64,000 nt of DNA from a virus. Shown piece after piece: positions 30,001 through 38,642 of this stretch. Made by a program: the position numbers and the translations under genes. The notes under the pieces were generated by a model that did not search any database, was not told the DNA's origin, and saw only the letters and a list, made by a program, of their open reading frames with translations. Position 1 is the first letter of the stretch. Each line of letters begins with the position of its first letter. The stretch spans positions 32,001 through 96,000 of IMG/VR virus record IMGVR_UViG_3300031576_000008. One strand, given 5' to 3'.

Positions 30001-30204
30001 GGCGGGATCACCAAGGCCAACGGCACCGAGATCGAGCGCGGCGGATCGAAGATCATGGCATGCCTGCATCCGGCCTTCGTCCTCCGGGACCCGACCCAGA
30101 TGCCTGAGATCGAGCACGCCATCCGCCGCTTCGGCAGGCTTTACCACGCACTCGTGCCCAAAGTGGCCGCTAAGCCTCTCGTTTCGAAAGGAGCGACGTC
30201 ATGA
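27025..30204 (+). CDS. dnaE: DNA polymerase III alpha fused to a C-terminal family-4 uracil-DNA glycosylase-like domain
   Basis: PHP HAHSEYS, TDHG; RGSVGGSLVAY, PDVDID, HAGG, KFDFLGL, FNKAHS; then CMQC, GEAPG..ED..GKPFVG.SG, HPAFVLR. Confidence 0.93.
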   Translation: MGNYGILHAHSEYSVRDSLIRAEDLPVLAKSKGWDACALTDHGGIEGLYTFSKACRANGVKPILGCEFYVGCSDSDRAHHLTVLAKNVRGFTSMTELLSIAHRDHYNGRRHRADIPIDMILEKLTDCVILSGCFSSPFWRASDKSMDELVAFVDRFGDDFYFEFQGLWDWHEQVDLNSLVITMSRELGRPLVVTPDCHFATPDESRFHEALLAVASRAPVGSPKAWRFSTHLNYVLTPEESVAGLVKAGVPESDARKALEETGKIAAKISDWSWDDLPMPRIPDVGGDMKKLVWDGLTAKGLDQTDEYKTRLTDELDCFTKAGLDRYLLLVRHCLNLFRNNGAEIGPRGSVGGSLVAYCLGITNLDPVKHGLIWQRFYFPGRKGWPDVDIDVDTHFRERVPEVLRKEFGDDRVAQISNFGTFGLRQAINDAAKAYGMKVDNPLSEFELRDLIKAHEGDEDKVPIEELRTWQALRAKSPDASEFAKKLRGRMRQFGAHAGGFVIAADSLLCGRGAVVTRGKDKALVWDMGTADALGFVKFDFLGLDSLAAIRELGRSIDIKWDEVPLDDPAVYTDISEGRTAAVPQFLTSGLRSFAERLQPDKFEDLVWANAAFRPGALGQFSPQELAERYHENPDSLIVYQEDIMAICVYMAGFSWKEADGVRKVVAKKEGRDEWKKLAPKFAEGCVKQDSMTYEEAIILWSSLEEFTRYAFNKAHSAAYSWNAYRIAWAKRRHPIHTFAALLNSSKEEKIPRILEEAEDSFGLKLLPPDANKSGLVWMIEGDAIRAPLNQSELIDLRITKAIMKRRESGPFVSKNDFITRMSTIKYHPQVVDILFDGRGFAAHFALPLVDPRIIVSKDYIETIRSCMQCDLRGTCRQVVPPDLGKTNVLIVGEAPGKDEDRRGKPFVGPSGQLLFKLLEENGIKRTDVTVTNACHCKPPFVPDEDADASERRSRNEALMLDCPWVFKEIELMKPPLILAVGAKAWKKLGGEGGITKANGTEIERGGSKIMACLHPAFVLRDPTQMPEIEHAIRRFGRLYHALVPKVAAKPLVSKGATS

Positions 30205-30497
30205 AGAGTTACGCGGAAAAAGGCGCGGAGATCGGTCTCTTCGTCGAGGAGAAGAACAAGGCCTATGGCAGCGCCTTCGCCAAGGCTGGGGAATTTCTCA
30301 AGCTGCTATACCCGGAGGGGGTGGAGCCCGGGCAGTACCGGGACATGCTCCTCCTGACCCGCATCTTCGACAAGATGATGCGCATCGCGACCGACAAGGA
30401 TGCGCTGGGGGAAAGCCCGTACCGGGACATCGCAGGCTACGGCATCATCGGCGATGACACCGAGGAGCGCGAAGCCCGCGCCAAGAAGCCCGTCTAG
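30201..30497 (+). CDS. DUF1599/nucleotide-modification-associated-like protein
   Basis: KNKAYGSAF, RIFDKMMR, ESPYRDIAGY. Confidence 0.6.
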   Translation: MKSYAEKGAEIGLFVEEKNKAYGSAFAKAGEFLKLLYPEGVEPGQYRDMLLLTRIFDKMMRIATDKDALGESPYRDIAGYGIIGDDTEEREARAKKPV

Positions 30498-30506
30498 GAG
30501 GACCTC

Positions 30507-31283
30507 ATGCACCGCGTCACGCCAAAGCCGTTCCTCGTCGGGGAGACCAAGCTCGATCAGGGGGCCATCAAGGCCTATCTCGACCATGTCGGGACGAAGT
30601 GGTGGGAGATGGAGGATGGCGCTTCGGACTCCGAGAAGCTGATCGAGATCATGGGCCGCCTTTGTTACAGGAGCTGGGAACCCGGATTGAATAAGAATGT
30701 CTCCAAGATCCGCAAGGGCAACGATCTCTACGTCGGCAACATCCTCAAGTCGAAGCACGGCTCGGTGACCGAGCACGGCGTTTCGAACTGGATCATCGCC
30801 GACTGCTCGAGAGTTCTGACACACGAGCTCGTTCGCCATCGCGCCGGGACGGCCTTCTCGCAGGAGAGCCTGCGGTTCGTCCGGCTCGACGATCTGGGGC
30901 TCTGGATGCCGCCGGAGGTGACCGACCCCGTGCTCATCCGGATGTGCGAGGAGAAGTTCAAGGCCGACGAGGAGTTCCAGAAGAGGCTGTCGGACTACCT
31001 CAAGCTCGACGAGCCCGGGAAGGACTTTCACTACAAGAAGCTCTGGACGAGCTTCATGCGCCGGTTCGCCCCGGAAGGCCTCGCCACCACGATCGGCCTC
31101 TCGATCAACATGCGCTCGATGCGGCATGTCATCGAGTACCGCACGGCCGAATCGTCGGAGGTCGAGATCCGGTTCGTCTTCGACCAGATCGGCCGGATCG
31201 CCAAGGAGCGCTGGCCGAACCTCATGCAGGATTTCGTGAGGCAGGAGGACGGCGAGTGGAAGCCGGAGCACTCGAAGATTTGA
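30507..31283 (+). CDS. thyX: FAD-dependent thymidylate synthase
   Basis: HGSVTEH, SR.LTHELVRHR...SQESLRFV. Confidence 0.95.
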   Translation: MHRVTPKPFLVGETKLDQGAIKAYLDHVGTKWWEMEDGASDSEKLIEIMGRLCYRSWEPGLNKNVSKIRKGNDLYVGNILKSKHGSVTEHGVSNWIIADCSRVLTHELVRHRAGTAFSQESLRFVRLDDLGLWMPPEVTDPVLIRMCEEKFKADEEFQKRLSDYLKLDEPGKDFHYKKLWTSFMRRFAPEGLATTIGLSINMRSMRHVIEYRTAESSEVEIRFVFDQIGRIAKERWPNLMQDFVRQEDGEWKPEHSKI

Positions 31284-31367
31284 CCGTGATGCGAGAATCT
31301 CAGGAAATAGTTCTGGAAGGTCGAGAAGACTACCTATTAGGACCCGAAAGGAAAGGAGGACGGCAGG

Positions 31368-31841
31368 ATGAGGGACGCGCCCTTTGAGGTCACGGTCGGC
31401 GGGGAAAAGTTCACCTTCTCCACGAAGAGCGAGCTTTTCATCGACCGGGACAACCTCGACGATGATCTCGCAAGGCAGGCGGCCCTGTACGCATTCTTCG
31501 GCATCAGGCTGTCGGCGGAGCTGAAGAAGGAGAAGGCCATTTTGGAGGCCGACTACGAGGAGCTCTTCAACCGGCTCGATCAGGAGGTCCGCCCGACGTT
31601 CAAGACGAAGCCGACGGAGACCGAGATCAAGAACAAGATCAAGACCGATCCACGGATCATCGTCTTGTCCAAGAAGCTCACGAAGCTGGAATTTGACGAA
31701 TACAAGATTTCGATCATGCTCAAGGCGCTCGAGCAGCGCAAGGACATGCTCAAGGCCTTGAGCATGAACCGGAGCATGGAACGCACGATGCCGTCGTCCG
31801 ACGAGATCGAGCGCATGAAGTCGAACTTGCTTGGCCGTTAA
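31368..31841 (+). CDS. UvsY-like recombination mediator (putative)
   Basis: Helical; KPTETEI and LEQRKDML; lies before the SSB and recA genes. Confidence 0.5.
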   Translation: MRDAPFEVTVGGEKFTFSTKSELFIDRDNLDDDLARQAALYAFFGIRLSAELKKEKAILEADYEELFNRLDQEVRPTFKTKPTETEIKNKIKTDPRIIVLSKKLTKLEFDEYKISIMLKALEQRKDMLKALSMNRSMERTMPSSDEIERMKSNLLGR

Positions 31842-31871
31842 CCCAAAAACCTATTTGAAAGGAGATCAGTC

Positions 31872-32750
31872 ATGGCCATGGGTCGCAGCGATTACCAGTC
31901 CGCCAAGGAGCGCTTCCTCGACCGCCAGAAGCGCAAGAGCGAGTCCGAGGGATGGTGGAAGCCCACCGAGGGCCGGCACCGCATCCGCATCCTGCCCCCG
32001 CCGTCCAATCAGGAGAAGCAGAAGTTCTTCTACGTCGAGTACGGCGTCCACTACGGGCTCGTCGGTCCCGAGGGCAACACCGAGACCGTGACCTGCCCGA
32101 AGGCCACGCTCAAGAAGCCCTGCCCGATCTGCGAGTTCACGCGCGGACTCTGGCAGAGGAAGAGCGAGGAGGATCAGGTCATCGCCCGCAAGATCGGCGT
32201 GAAGACCCGCGCCTGCTGCAGCCTCGTGTTCCTGAACGCCCCGTCCGAGGCGAAGATCTGGTCCTTCGGCAAGAACGTCCGCGACCAGCTGGACGAGCTG
32301 TGCTTCGCCAACGAAGGCTCGGAGGTCATGATCGACGACCCCGACAACGGCTACAACCTGACCGTCACCGTCTCGGTCAGGAACACGCCCGACGGCACGT
32401 ACCCCGACTACATCGTGACGCCCGAGATGAAGTCGTGTGCCGTCCTCGACAAGGCCGTGCTCGGCAAGACGAAGAACCTCGCCGAGATGATCCATTCGGC
32501 GGTGAAGAGCTACGATGAGATCCGCTCGATCCTCCTCGGCTCCGGCCACGAGGACGGCGGGGAAGCTCCTGCCCCGGTCGCCCGCAAGGTCGAAGAGGAG
32601 CCGACCGAACCGGCATCCGATGATGTCGTCGAGGATACGCCGGCCCCGGTCGCGAAGGCGTCCTCGCCCGCTCCCAGCCAGCGCCCGTCGGCCGATGATC
32701 TCGTCAAGAAGGCCCGGGCGGCCTTGGCGAGCAAGAAGGCGGGACAGTAG
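31872..32750 (+). CDS. gp32-like single-stranded DNA-binding protein
   Basis: WWKP..G...IRILPP, H..., CP...CPIC, DP.NG; acidic tail. Confidence 0.75.
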   Translation: MAMGRSDYQSAKERFLDRQKRKSESEGWWKPTEGRHRIRILPPPSNQEKQKFFYVEYGVHYGLVGPEGNTETVTCPKATLKKPCPICEFTRGLWQRKSEEDQVIARKIGVKTRACCSLVFLNAPSEAKIWSFGKNVRDQLDELCFANEGSEVMIDDPDNGYNLTVTVSVRNTPDGTYPDYIVTPEMKSCAVLDKAVLGKTKNLAEMIHSAVKSYDEIRSILLGSGHEDGGEAPAPVARKVEEEPTEPASDDVVEDTPAPVAKASSPAPSQRPSADDLVKKARAALASKKAGQ

Positions 32751-32758
32751 GTGGCGTC

Positions 32759-32974
32759 ATGATGAAGAAAAAGAAGTCCCTCCAGCAGCGTCTGCGCGAA
32801 TCCGAGCTGCGCGAGCAGGCGTCGGCGCGCAGGCAATGGCGGGTCGTCGACCGGCTGGAGCTCGAGCTGAGGTCGCTTGAATTGCAGATCCGGAAGATCG
32901 AGCTCGAGATCAAGAAGGCGAAGGCCGAAGAGCGGTTCACCCAGTCGATCAACGCCATGAAGAAGGGGGCATAA
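32759..32974 (+). CDS. small coiled-coil protein
   Basis: In operon, TAATG coupling. Confidence 0.5.
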   Translation: MMKKKKSLQQRLRESELREQASARRQWRVVDRLELELRSLELQIRKIELEIKKAKAEERFTQSINAMKKGA

Positions 32975-34098
32975 TGCCGCCTCGCAAGAAGAACATGGGG
33001 CGCACCAAGAAAGGTGCGCCCCCACCTTCTCCCGACGAAGCTCCGGTGAAGCGGAGGAGGGCCTCGTCACTGGCGCAGCTCGTGGCCGAGATGCACGAGT
33101 ACCGCCCGGTCCAGTGGCTGCGCACCGGCGTCCATGCCATCGATCTCATCATCGGACAGGGCATCCCGAGCGGTCGGATGGTCGAGGTCATGGGCGACCC
33201 CTCGACGGCGAAGTCGGCGTTCGGATATGTCATCCTCGCCGCCTACCAGCGCTCGGGGGGATACGCGTTCCTCCTCGACAGCGAGCAGAAGACCTATGAC
33301 GAGTTCGCCAAGCGGATGGGCGTCGACTTCGACAAGATCGGCTATTCCAAGGCCGACTCGATCGACGACTGCGTCCGGCTCATCGGCCAGATCGTGAAGC
33401 TCGCCGATCCGGCCACCCCGACGGTCATCGTCTGGGACTCGATCGCATCGACCCCGGGCGCAGAGGAGTTCGAGAAGGTCACCGACAGTGGCGAAAAGGG
33501 CGGCGTCTCCGGCAGCGGAGGCGCGAAGGCGGAGCGCGCCCGGCAGCTCTCGACGATCTTCAGGGCGACCTTGGGGAAGATGGCCCAGAAGGGCGTGACG
33601 CTGGTGGCCATGAACCAGCTCCGGACGAACTTCAATTTCGCCACGGGCTACACATCCCTCGAATCGACCGGTGGGCGCGCCGGCAAGTATCACGCCGCCG
33701 CCCGGCTGATCATGCGCCCCAAGGGCCGCATCCGTGCCCAGAACGCCGACATCGTCACCGGCATCCAGATCGAATGCGAGGCGCTCAAGAACACGCTCGC
33801 GCCTCCGTTCCGCAAGGCCATCGTGAAGTTCAAGTTCGACACCGGCTTCGACACCTGCTCGGGGCTGGACGAGCTCCTGCTCCGGCATGGGCGCATCGTG
33901 ACGAAGGCTGGCTGGCTCTGCTACAAGGACAAGAGCTTCCGCCGGTCCGACATGGACCGCATCGTGATTGAGATCCCGGAGATGACCGAGCCGCTCAAGG
34001 GCACGGTGGAGATCAATGAGGTCACGGCGCAGGTGCCCGGCTTCGCAGACGACCAGAAGGAGGCTCCCGTCGAGACCGCCATGGAAGCGGAGGATTAA
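32974..34098 (+). CDS. recA: RecA/UvsX-like recombinase
   Basis: GIPSGRMVEVMG..STAKS, VWDSIA, NQLR, TGGRA.KY.A, KN..APPFR. Confidence 0.9.
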   Translation: MPPRKKNMGRTKKGAPPPSPDEAPVKRRRASSLAQLVAEMHEYRPVQWLRTGVHAIDLIIGQGIPSGRMVEVMGDPSTAKSAFGYVILAAYQRSGGYAFLLDSEQKTYDEFAKRMGVDFDKIGYSKADSIDDCVRLIGQIVKLADPATPTVIVWDSIASTPGAEEFEKVTDSGEKGGVSGSGGAKAERARQLSTIFRATLGKMAQKGVTLVAMNQLRTNFNFATGYTSLESTGGRAGKYHAAARLIMRPKGRIRAQNADIVTGIQIECEALKNTLAPPFRKAIVKFKFDTGFDTCSGLDELLLRHGRIVTKAGWLCYKDKSFRRSDMDRIVIEIPEMTEPLKGTVEINEVTAQVPGFADDQKEAPVETAMEAED

Positions 34099-34718
34099 TG
34101 CTCGACCCGGCCACGCTCACCTATGCTCCGCCGGAGGCGTTGCGGTACGACGATGAAGAGCACAAGTACTTCATCGGCGACCGTCCCGTCATCTCGGTCA
34201 CGAACGTCCTGAGAGAAGCCTCCGTGTACGACTACGGCTTCTCGGACGGGATGGCCATGGATCGTGGCACGGCCGTCCATACCATGACCGAGCTCTTCGA
34301 CAAGGGGGCTCTGGACGTCGACAAGCTCGACAATCCGGTCCTGCCGTACTTCGAAGGCTACCTCGCGTTTCTAGAGGACCACAAGCCCATCATGGTCTCC
34401 ATCGAGGAGCTCGTGGGGAACCTTGTCTATTGGTATGCGGGCCGGCTCGACCGTCGGGTGATCCTGCACGACCATGAGGTGCTGCTCGACATCAAGACCG
34501 GCCATCCGGCGGCGTGGCATGGGCTCCAGACGTCGGCCTATGCCAAGTGCATCGGGCGTCCGCTCCGGCGGGCGGCGCTCTACCTGTCCGACAAGGGAAC
34601 CTACAAGCTCGAATACTTCGACCATCCCGATGACTGGGACGTCTTCCGGGCGGCGCTCACCCTCGTGATGTGGAAGCGCAACAACGGCGTACGCCGTCAT
34701 GTCAACCAGCCCGTGTAA
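34098..34718 (+). CDS. PD-(D/E)xK exonuclease
   Basis: SVTNVL, RGTAVH, YAGRLD, LDIKTG, Q.SAY. Confidence 0.8.
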   Translation: MLDPATLTYAPPEALRYDDEEHKYFIGDRPVISVTNVLREASVYDYGFSDGMAMDRGTAVHTMTELFDKGALDVDKLDNPVLPYFEGYLAFLEDHKPIMVSIEELVGNLVYWYAGRLDRRVILHDHEVLLDIKTGHPAAWHGLQTSAYAKCIGRPLRRAALYLSDKGTYKLEYFDHPDDWDVFRAALTLVMWKRNNGVRRHVNQPV

Positions 34719-34728
34719 GGAGAACGCC

Positions 34729-35427
34729 ATGGCAGAAACGAAGGCGCTGGCTCTGCCCGACACCAAGGAAATTGACAAGAAGGCGATGACGGTCCTCGAG
34801 ACGTCGAGGGCGATCACGATCCAGAACAACAAGCAGTACGTCATCGCCGGCGACTTCCTCAGGGACCTGAAGGCGATCGAGAGGGAGATCGACGAAACCT
34901 TTGATCCGGCGATCAAGGCCGCCTACGATGCGCACAAGGCCGTCTTGGCCGCCAAGGGCAAACATTCCAAGCCGATCGAGGAGGCTGAGAAGATCATCAA
35001 GGACAAGATGATCGGCTATCAGGAGGAACAGGAGAAGAAGCGCGCTGAGGACGAGGAGAATCTTCGCAAGCTCGCCCATCAGCAGGAGGAAGCGGACCGC
35101 AACTTCCGCGCCGAGAAGCTCATCGAGGAGGGCAAGCCCGAGGAAGCGCTCGCCGTCCTCGGCAGGGAGCTCGAGCTCTCGCCGGTCATCCTGCCCTCAT
35201 CGGCCCCCAAGATGAAGGGCATCGTCATGCGCGAGCAGATCAAGGCCGAGGTCTACGACCTGCTCCTGCTCGTCAAGGCCGTCGCCGAGGGGAAGATCCC
35301 GCTCACGCTCGTCGAGCCGAACATGAAGGCGATCAACGGCATGATCCGCGCGGCCGGCGGAGACTTCAAGCTGCCGGGCGTGCGGGTGGTCACCGAGAAG
35401 ATCATGGCGACGGGTGCAATGGACTAG
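34729..35427 (+). CDS. coiled-coil phage protein
   Basis: AAGGAG RBS; C-terminal LPGVRV. Confidence 0.65.
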   Translation: MAETKALALPDTKEIDKKAMTVLETSRAITIQNNKQYVIAGDFLRDLKAIEREIDETFDPAIKAAYDAHKAVLAAKGKHSKPIEEAEKIIKDKMIGYQEEQEKKRAEDEENLRKLAHQQEEADRNFRAEKLIEEGKPEEALAVLGRELELSPVILPSSAPKMKGIVMREQIKAEVYDLLLLVKAVAEGKIPLTLVEPNMKAINGMIRAAGGDFKLPGVRVVTEKIMATGAMD

Positions 35428-35429
35428 CC

Positions 35430-35921
35430 ATGAGACATCTGACGAGGTACGAGACGCCCGAGACTCAGGGCCCGCAGAATGACGTCCGAAATGAGATCTG
35501 CAAGACGTTCCGTCTGCTCTGGGACAAGAACCCATGGGGCAATGTCGGCATTAACACCATGTTCCGCGACCTGAATGACACGCCCGTCCTCTTGGCCGAT
35601 GTACGCGTTCGGAACGTCGATCACAACACCTATCCCACGATCATGATCGGGGTGCCAGATGGCTGGGTCCCGGCCATGAAGATGCTCGACTGGCTCGACG
35701 AACACGAGCTGTCGGGCTTTCCCATCGCCTACGTCCATGGATTTACGGACGGCATCTACTTCTGCCCCATCCGGCGCGAACTGAAGAGATTCGTGCGCGT
35801 CAATCATGGCGGCAGGACAGACCGCGATGATCCTGCAGATTCTGGTTCCTGCGTCTACATCCCTACGGCATACTTCAAGCCGGTCAAGGATCTGGATCGA
35901 CTGATCGGGAGGCCGGCATGA
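35430..35921 (+). CDS. hypothetical protein, possible PD-(D/E)xK fold
   Basis: GGRTDRDD..D motif; in operon. Confidence 0.55.
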   Translation: MRHLTRYETPETQGPQNDVRNEICKTFRLLWDKNPWGNVGINTMFRDLNDTPVLLADVRVRNVDHNTYPTIMIGVPDGWVPAMKMLDWLDEHELSGFPIAYVHGFTDGIYFCPIRRELKRFVRVNHGGRTDRDDPADSGSCVYIPTAYFKPVKDLDRLIGRPA

Positions 35922-36472
35922 TCTTCGTGGGCGTAGATCCGGGGAAAGACGGCGGCATTGTCGCCCTTTCGAAGGATTCGAAGATCCTCGAGAAGTGGAA
36001 GCCCCCGCTCATTACGGCGACTAAAGGCAAGACCAAGGACGAGTACGACATCCCGGCCCTCAAGCAGATCTTCGAATTCTCCAAATTGCAGGCCCGGATG
36101 GAATGGGGCGACGAATCGATCATGATCGTCCTCGAGAAGGGCCAGCCAATGCCCATGGCTGGCGTGGCTGCCCAGTTCCAGCGCGGGTTCGCCTTTGGGA
36201 TGTATCAGGCGCTCTTCGTCGGTCTGGGGGTCAGCTATCACGTCGTGCCTCCTAGGACATGGCAGAAGGCCATGTTCGCCGGCGTATCCGCCGATGACAC
36301 CAAGGCGGCGTCCATCCTCGTCTCCAAAAGGCTCTGGCCGAGCGAGAACTGGAGGCGGACGGAGAAGTGCAGGACCGACGACGATGGATACACCGACGCC
36401 GCTTTGCTCGCTGAATATGGCCGGCGGACGCTGGCTACTCCTTCGACAAGTCCGGCAGCTGTTCGCGTATAA
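35918..36472 (+). CDS. ruvC: RuvC-like Holliday junction resolvase
   Basis: VGVDPGKDGG, VLEK, P.TWQK, DG.TDAALLA. Confidence 0.8.
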   Translation: MIFVGVDPGKDGGIVALSKDSKILEKWKPPLITATKGKTKDEYDIPALKQIFEFSKLQARMEWGDESIMIVLEKGQPMPMAGVAAQFQRGFAFGMYQALFVGLGVSYHVVPPRTWQKAMFAGVSADDTKAASILVSKRLWPSENWRRTEKCRTDDDGYTDAALLAEYGRRTLATPSTSPAAVRV

Positions 36473-36815
36473 GCCTGCCGACCCGCCGGAGATCCCGCCC
36501 GTCTCCCTCAAGGAGCACCTTGAGCGTGTCTTCCTTCATGGCGTAGGGCAGGAGATCGAGGATCTCATGGACGAGCGCCGTCTCGTAGGCGAGATCCAAG
36601 ACGGGCTTGTCATGCCCCATGATGGGGATCCGGATCTGGTTCCACTCCCGCTCCTTCTTGCGGTGGCGGGCGGCCCGGACCTTGGCTCGGCTTTCAGCGA
36701 CGTCTGGATCACCGGGACGCCGGCGCTCGGCCAGCGCGCGGCCAAGCGCCTCTTCCTGACGGACGTCGTCCCTGTCAAAGCCGACAACGGTGCCAATGCG
36801 CCGATACTGTGGCAA
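36435..36815 (-). CDS. hypothetical protein
   Basis: Minus frame has better codon use than plus frame; upstream TTCACC-17-TATACT. Confidence 0.4.
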   Translation of the reverse strand: MPQYRRIGTVVGFDRDDVRQEEALGRALAERRRPGDPDVAESRAKVRAARHRKKEREWNQIRIPIMGHDKPVLDLAYETALVHEILDLLPYAMKEDTLKVLLEGDGRDLRRVGRLIREQLPDLSKE

Positions 36816-36876
36816 GGCTCCTTCCTTCCTCAAACGAGCGAAGGGGAGTATAGCACCTACTTTCTGTAAGGTGAAC

Positions 36877-36920
36877 AAGAAAAAGATGGGCCTGCCGGCC
36901 CTGTCGACCGGCAGGCCCCG
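36877..36920 (-). terminator. intrinsic terminator closing the RT-Ubl operon
   Basis: GGGCCTGCCGG/CCGGCAGGCCC stem plus T-run on minus strand. Confidence 0.65.
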
Positions 36921-36929
36921 TTCCATCCA

Positions 36930-37457
36930 TTAGCGTATTACGAACCCGGTGGACACCCTTGAGATCATCTTGAGCGTCTGACTCCGACTCCGCTTGTTGA
37001 GCTTGTGGCCGGCGAGGTTGAGGACGTACAGCGGCCCCTTCTGGAACACCGTGCCAGCATCCTTGAACGAATACGACTCGTTCTTGCCGACGACGATGTG
37101 GTCCAAGAGGGGCATCCTCGCCGCCTTGCCGACCGAGAACACGCCCTCGGTGAGCGCGATGTCCTCGACGGTCGGGACGGCCCTTTTCTCATACGGGTGA
37201 TTGTGACAAAGGATGATCGCCTTCGTCTCCCGGATGAGCGCCTCCCTGAAGATGTCGCACGTGTCGAAGCAGCAGCTTTGTGAGTTGCCTACGGCGGCAA
37301 CCTGCACGTAGCGGGCCACCAAGTCAGGGGTCAGATGGATGACCACCATGACTTCTCGTGGGAGGTTCCGAAACTCCTCGAGGAGCTTCATAGCATCCGA
37401 GGGGCGTCCGATGATCGGCTCCCCCTCGACAGGTCGGACGGCCAATTCGTACTTCAT
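36930..37457 (-). CDS. radC: RadC-like JAB domain protein
   Basis: REV, IFREAL, ILCHNHP...PT.ED, LLDHIVVG. Confidence 0.85.
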   Translation of the reverse strand: MKYELAVRPVEGEPIIGRPSDAMKLLEEFRNLPREVMVVIHLTPDLVARYVQVAAVGNSQSCCFDTCDIFREALIRETKAIILCHNHPYEKRAVPTVEDIALTEGVFSVGKAARMPLLDHIVVGKNESYSFKDAGTVFQKGPLYVLNLAGHKLNKRSRSQTLKMISRVSTGFVIR

Positions 37458-37544
37458 CGGTCGCTTCCCCCTGTATTGGCATGCGGGTCTTCGATGACGA
37501 GGGAGGAGGGGGACCGCTCCCCCTCCTCCCCTTGCTGATGCGTG

Positions 37545-37778
37545 CTAGCAGCCCTTGGTGCCGGCGGTCCGGACGAACTCCACCAGATCGCCGTCCTTCA
37601 CGATGTAGCTGTCCTGCACCGGGAACGGCTCGCCGCCGTTCTGGGACACGGTCGCCGGGGCCCCCGCCGGGATGTTGAGCTCGTAGGAGAGCATGTTCCT
37701 GAGCTCGCCGACCGACTTGCCGACGTACTGGTCGCCGATCGGCGTGGACGACGGGCCCGAGCGAACCTGCGCAGCCAT
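37545..37778 (-). CDS. ubiquitin-like (beta-grasp) protein
   Basis: 77 aa, GKSVGEL...VKDGDLVEFV, ends AGTKGC; adjacent to ThiF; AGGAGG RBS. Confidence 0.75.
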   Translation of the reverse strand: MAAQVRSGPSSTPIGDQYVGKSVGELRNMLSYELNIPAGAPATVSQNGGEPFPVQDSYIVKDGDLVEFVRTAGTKGC

Positions 37779-37868
37779 GGGATCCTCCTTCTGAGGGGTT
37801 GAAAATGAAACCAAACTGAGACGAACTTCTCACGAGTTGCTTGGGAAACTGCTTGCGAGTAACGGCCG

Positions 37869-38633
37869 TTACTTGCGTGCCACCATCTTCTTCTTGGCGA
37901 AGCCGGAAACGCCCCGGTTGTAGGCCAGCGCGCTCTTCTTCTTCGCGTCGAAGAACACTTCACCGACCGCCTTCAGGTTCTGCGCCATCACCTCCTTCCC
38001 ATGCGGGATGTCTTCCATGATCTGGGTGACGTACGTGGCTGCCCATGCCGCCACCATCATGTTCGTCACGGCCAGCTGACCGCCGCCCGGAAGCCTCGCC
38101 CTCTCCTCACAGGAGAGCTCGCCCGGATTCTTGTCCTTGGGCGTGGCGATCTCCGGGTGCGTCTGTTCGAGCTTCTGCGTGATGTCATCGCCGTCGAATC
38201 GAGCGTACACCTGCACGTTGCCGTCCCACATCTCGTTGCCGCCGTGGACGAGGATGACGTTCTTCCTCTTGGCGGCCTGCTGGCTGACGAGCAGCTTCGT
38301 CGCGGCATTGTCGACGAAGAGGAAACTGAGCATGTTGTCCTTGATGGCATCTTCGATGTTCTTCTTCGTGACGAACTTCGACTGCGGCAGGACCGCCAGA
38401 TCGGGGAACGCCCGCTTGATCCGGTCGGCGTACACCTCCGCCTTGGGCTTGTTCTCGTCCTCCTCGAACATGTCCTGCCGGGGCATGTTGTCCTTGGTGA
38501 ACTCGTCTCCATCCCAGAGGACGAGCTCCCTCGGCATGCCCTTCTGGTAGACCATCGTCCGGCACAGGATTGGCCAGAAGTACGACCAGATGCCGCCCAG
38601 TCCGATGACGGTCACATTCTCCAGTTTCATCAT
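37869..38633 (-). CDS. ThiF/E1-like adenylating enzyme
   Basis: VIGLGGI, DGD....N..RQ, VDN, candidate catalytic Cys in SCEE. Confidence 0.85.
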   Translation of the reverse strand: MMKLENVTVIGLGGIWSYFWPILCRTMVYQKGMPRELVLWDGDEFTKDNMPRQDMFEEDENKPKAEVYADRIKRAFPDLAVLPQSKFVTKKNIEDAIKDNMLSFLFVDNAATKLLVSQQAAKRKNVILVHGGNEMWDGNVQVYARFDGDDITQKLEQTHPEIATPKDKNPGELSCEERARLPGGGQLAVTNMMVAAWAATYVTQIMEDIPHGKEVMAQNLKAVGEVFFDAKKKSALAYNRGVSGFAKKKMVARK

Positions 38634-38642
38634 TTCTCCCTG

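Noticed and set aside
36195-36869. Plus-strand 224-aa ORF after ruvC
   Set aside because: Overlaps ruvC; the minus-strand frame has a promoter, RBS and better codon use.
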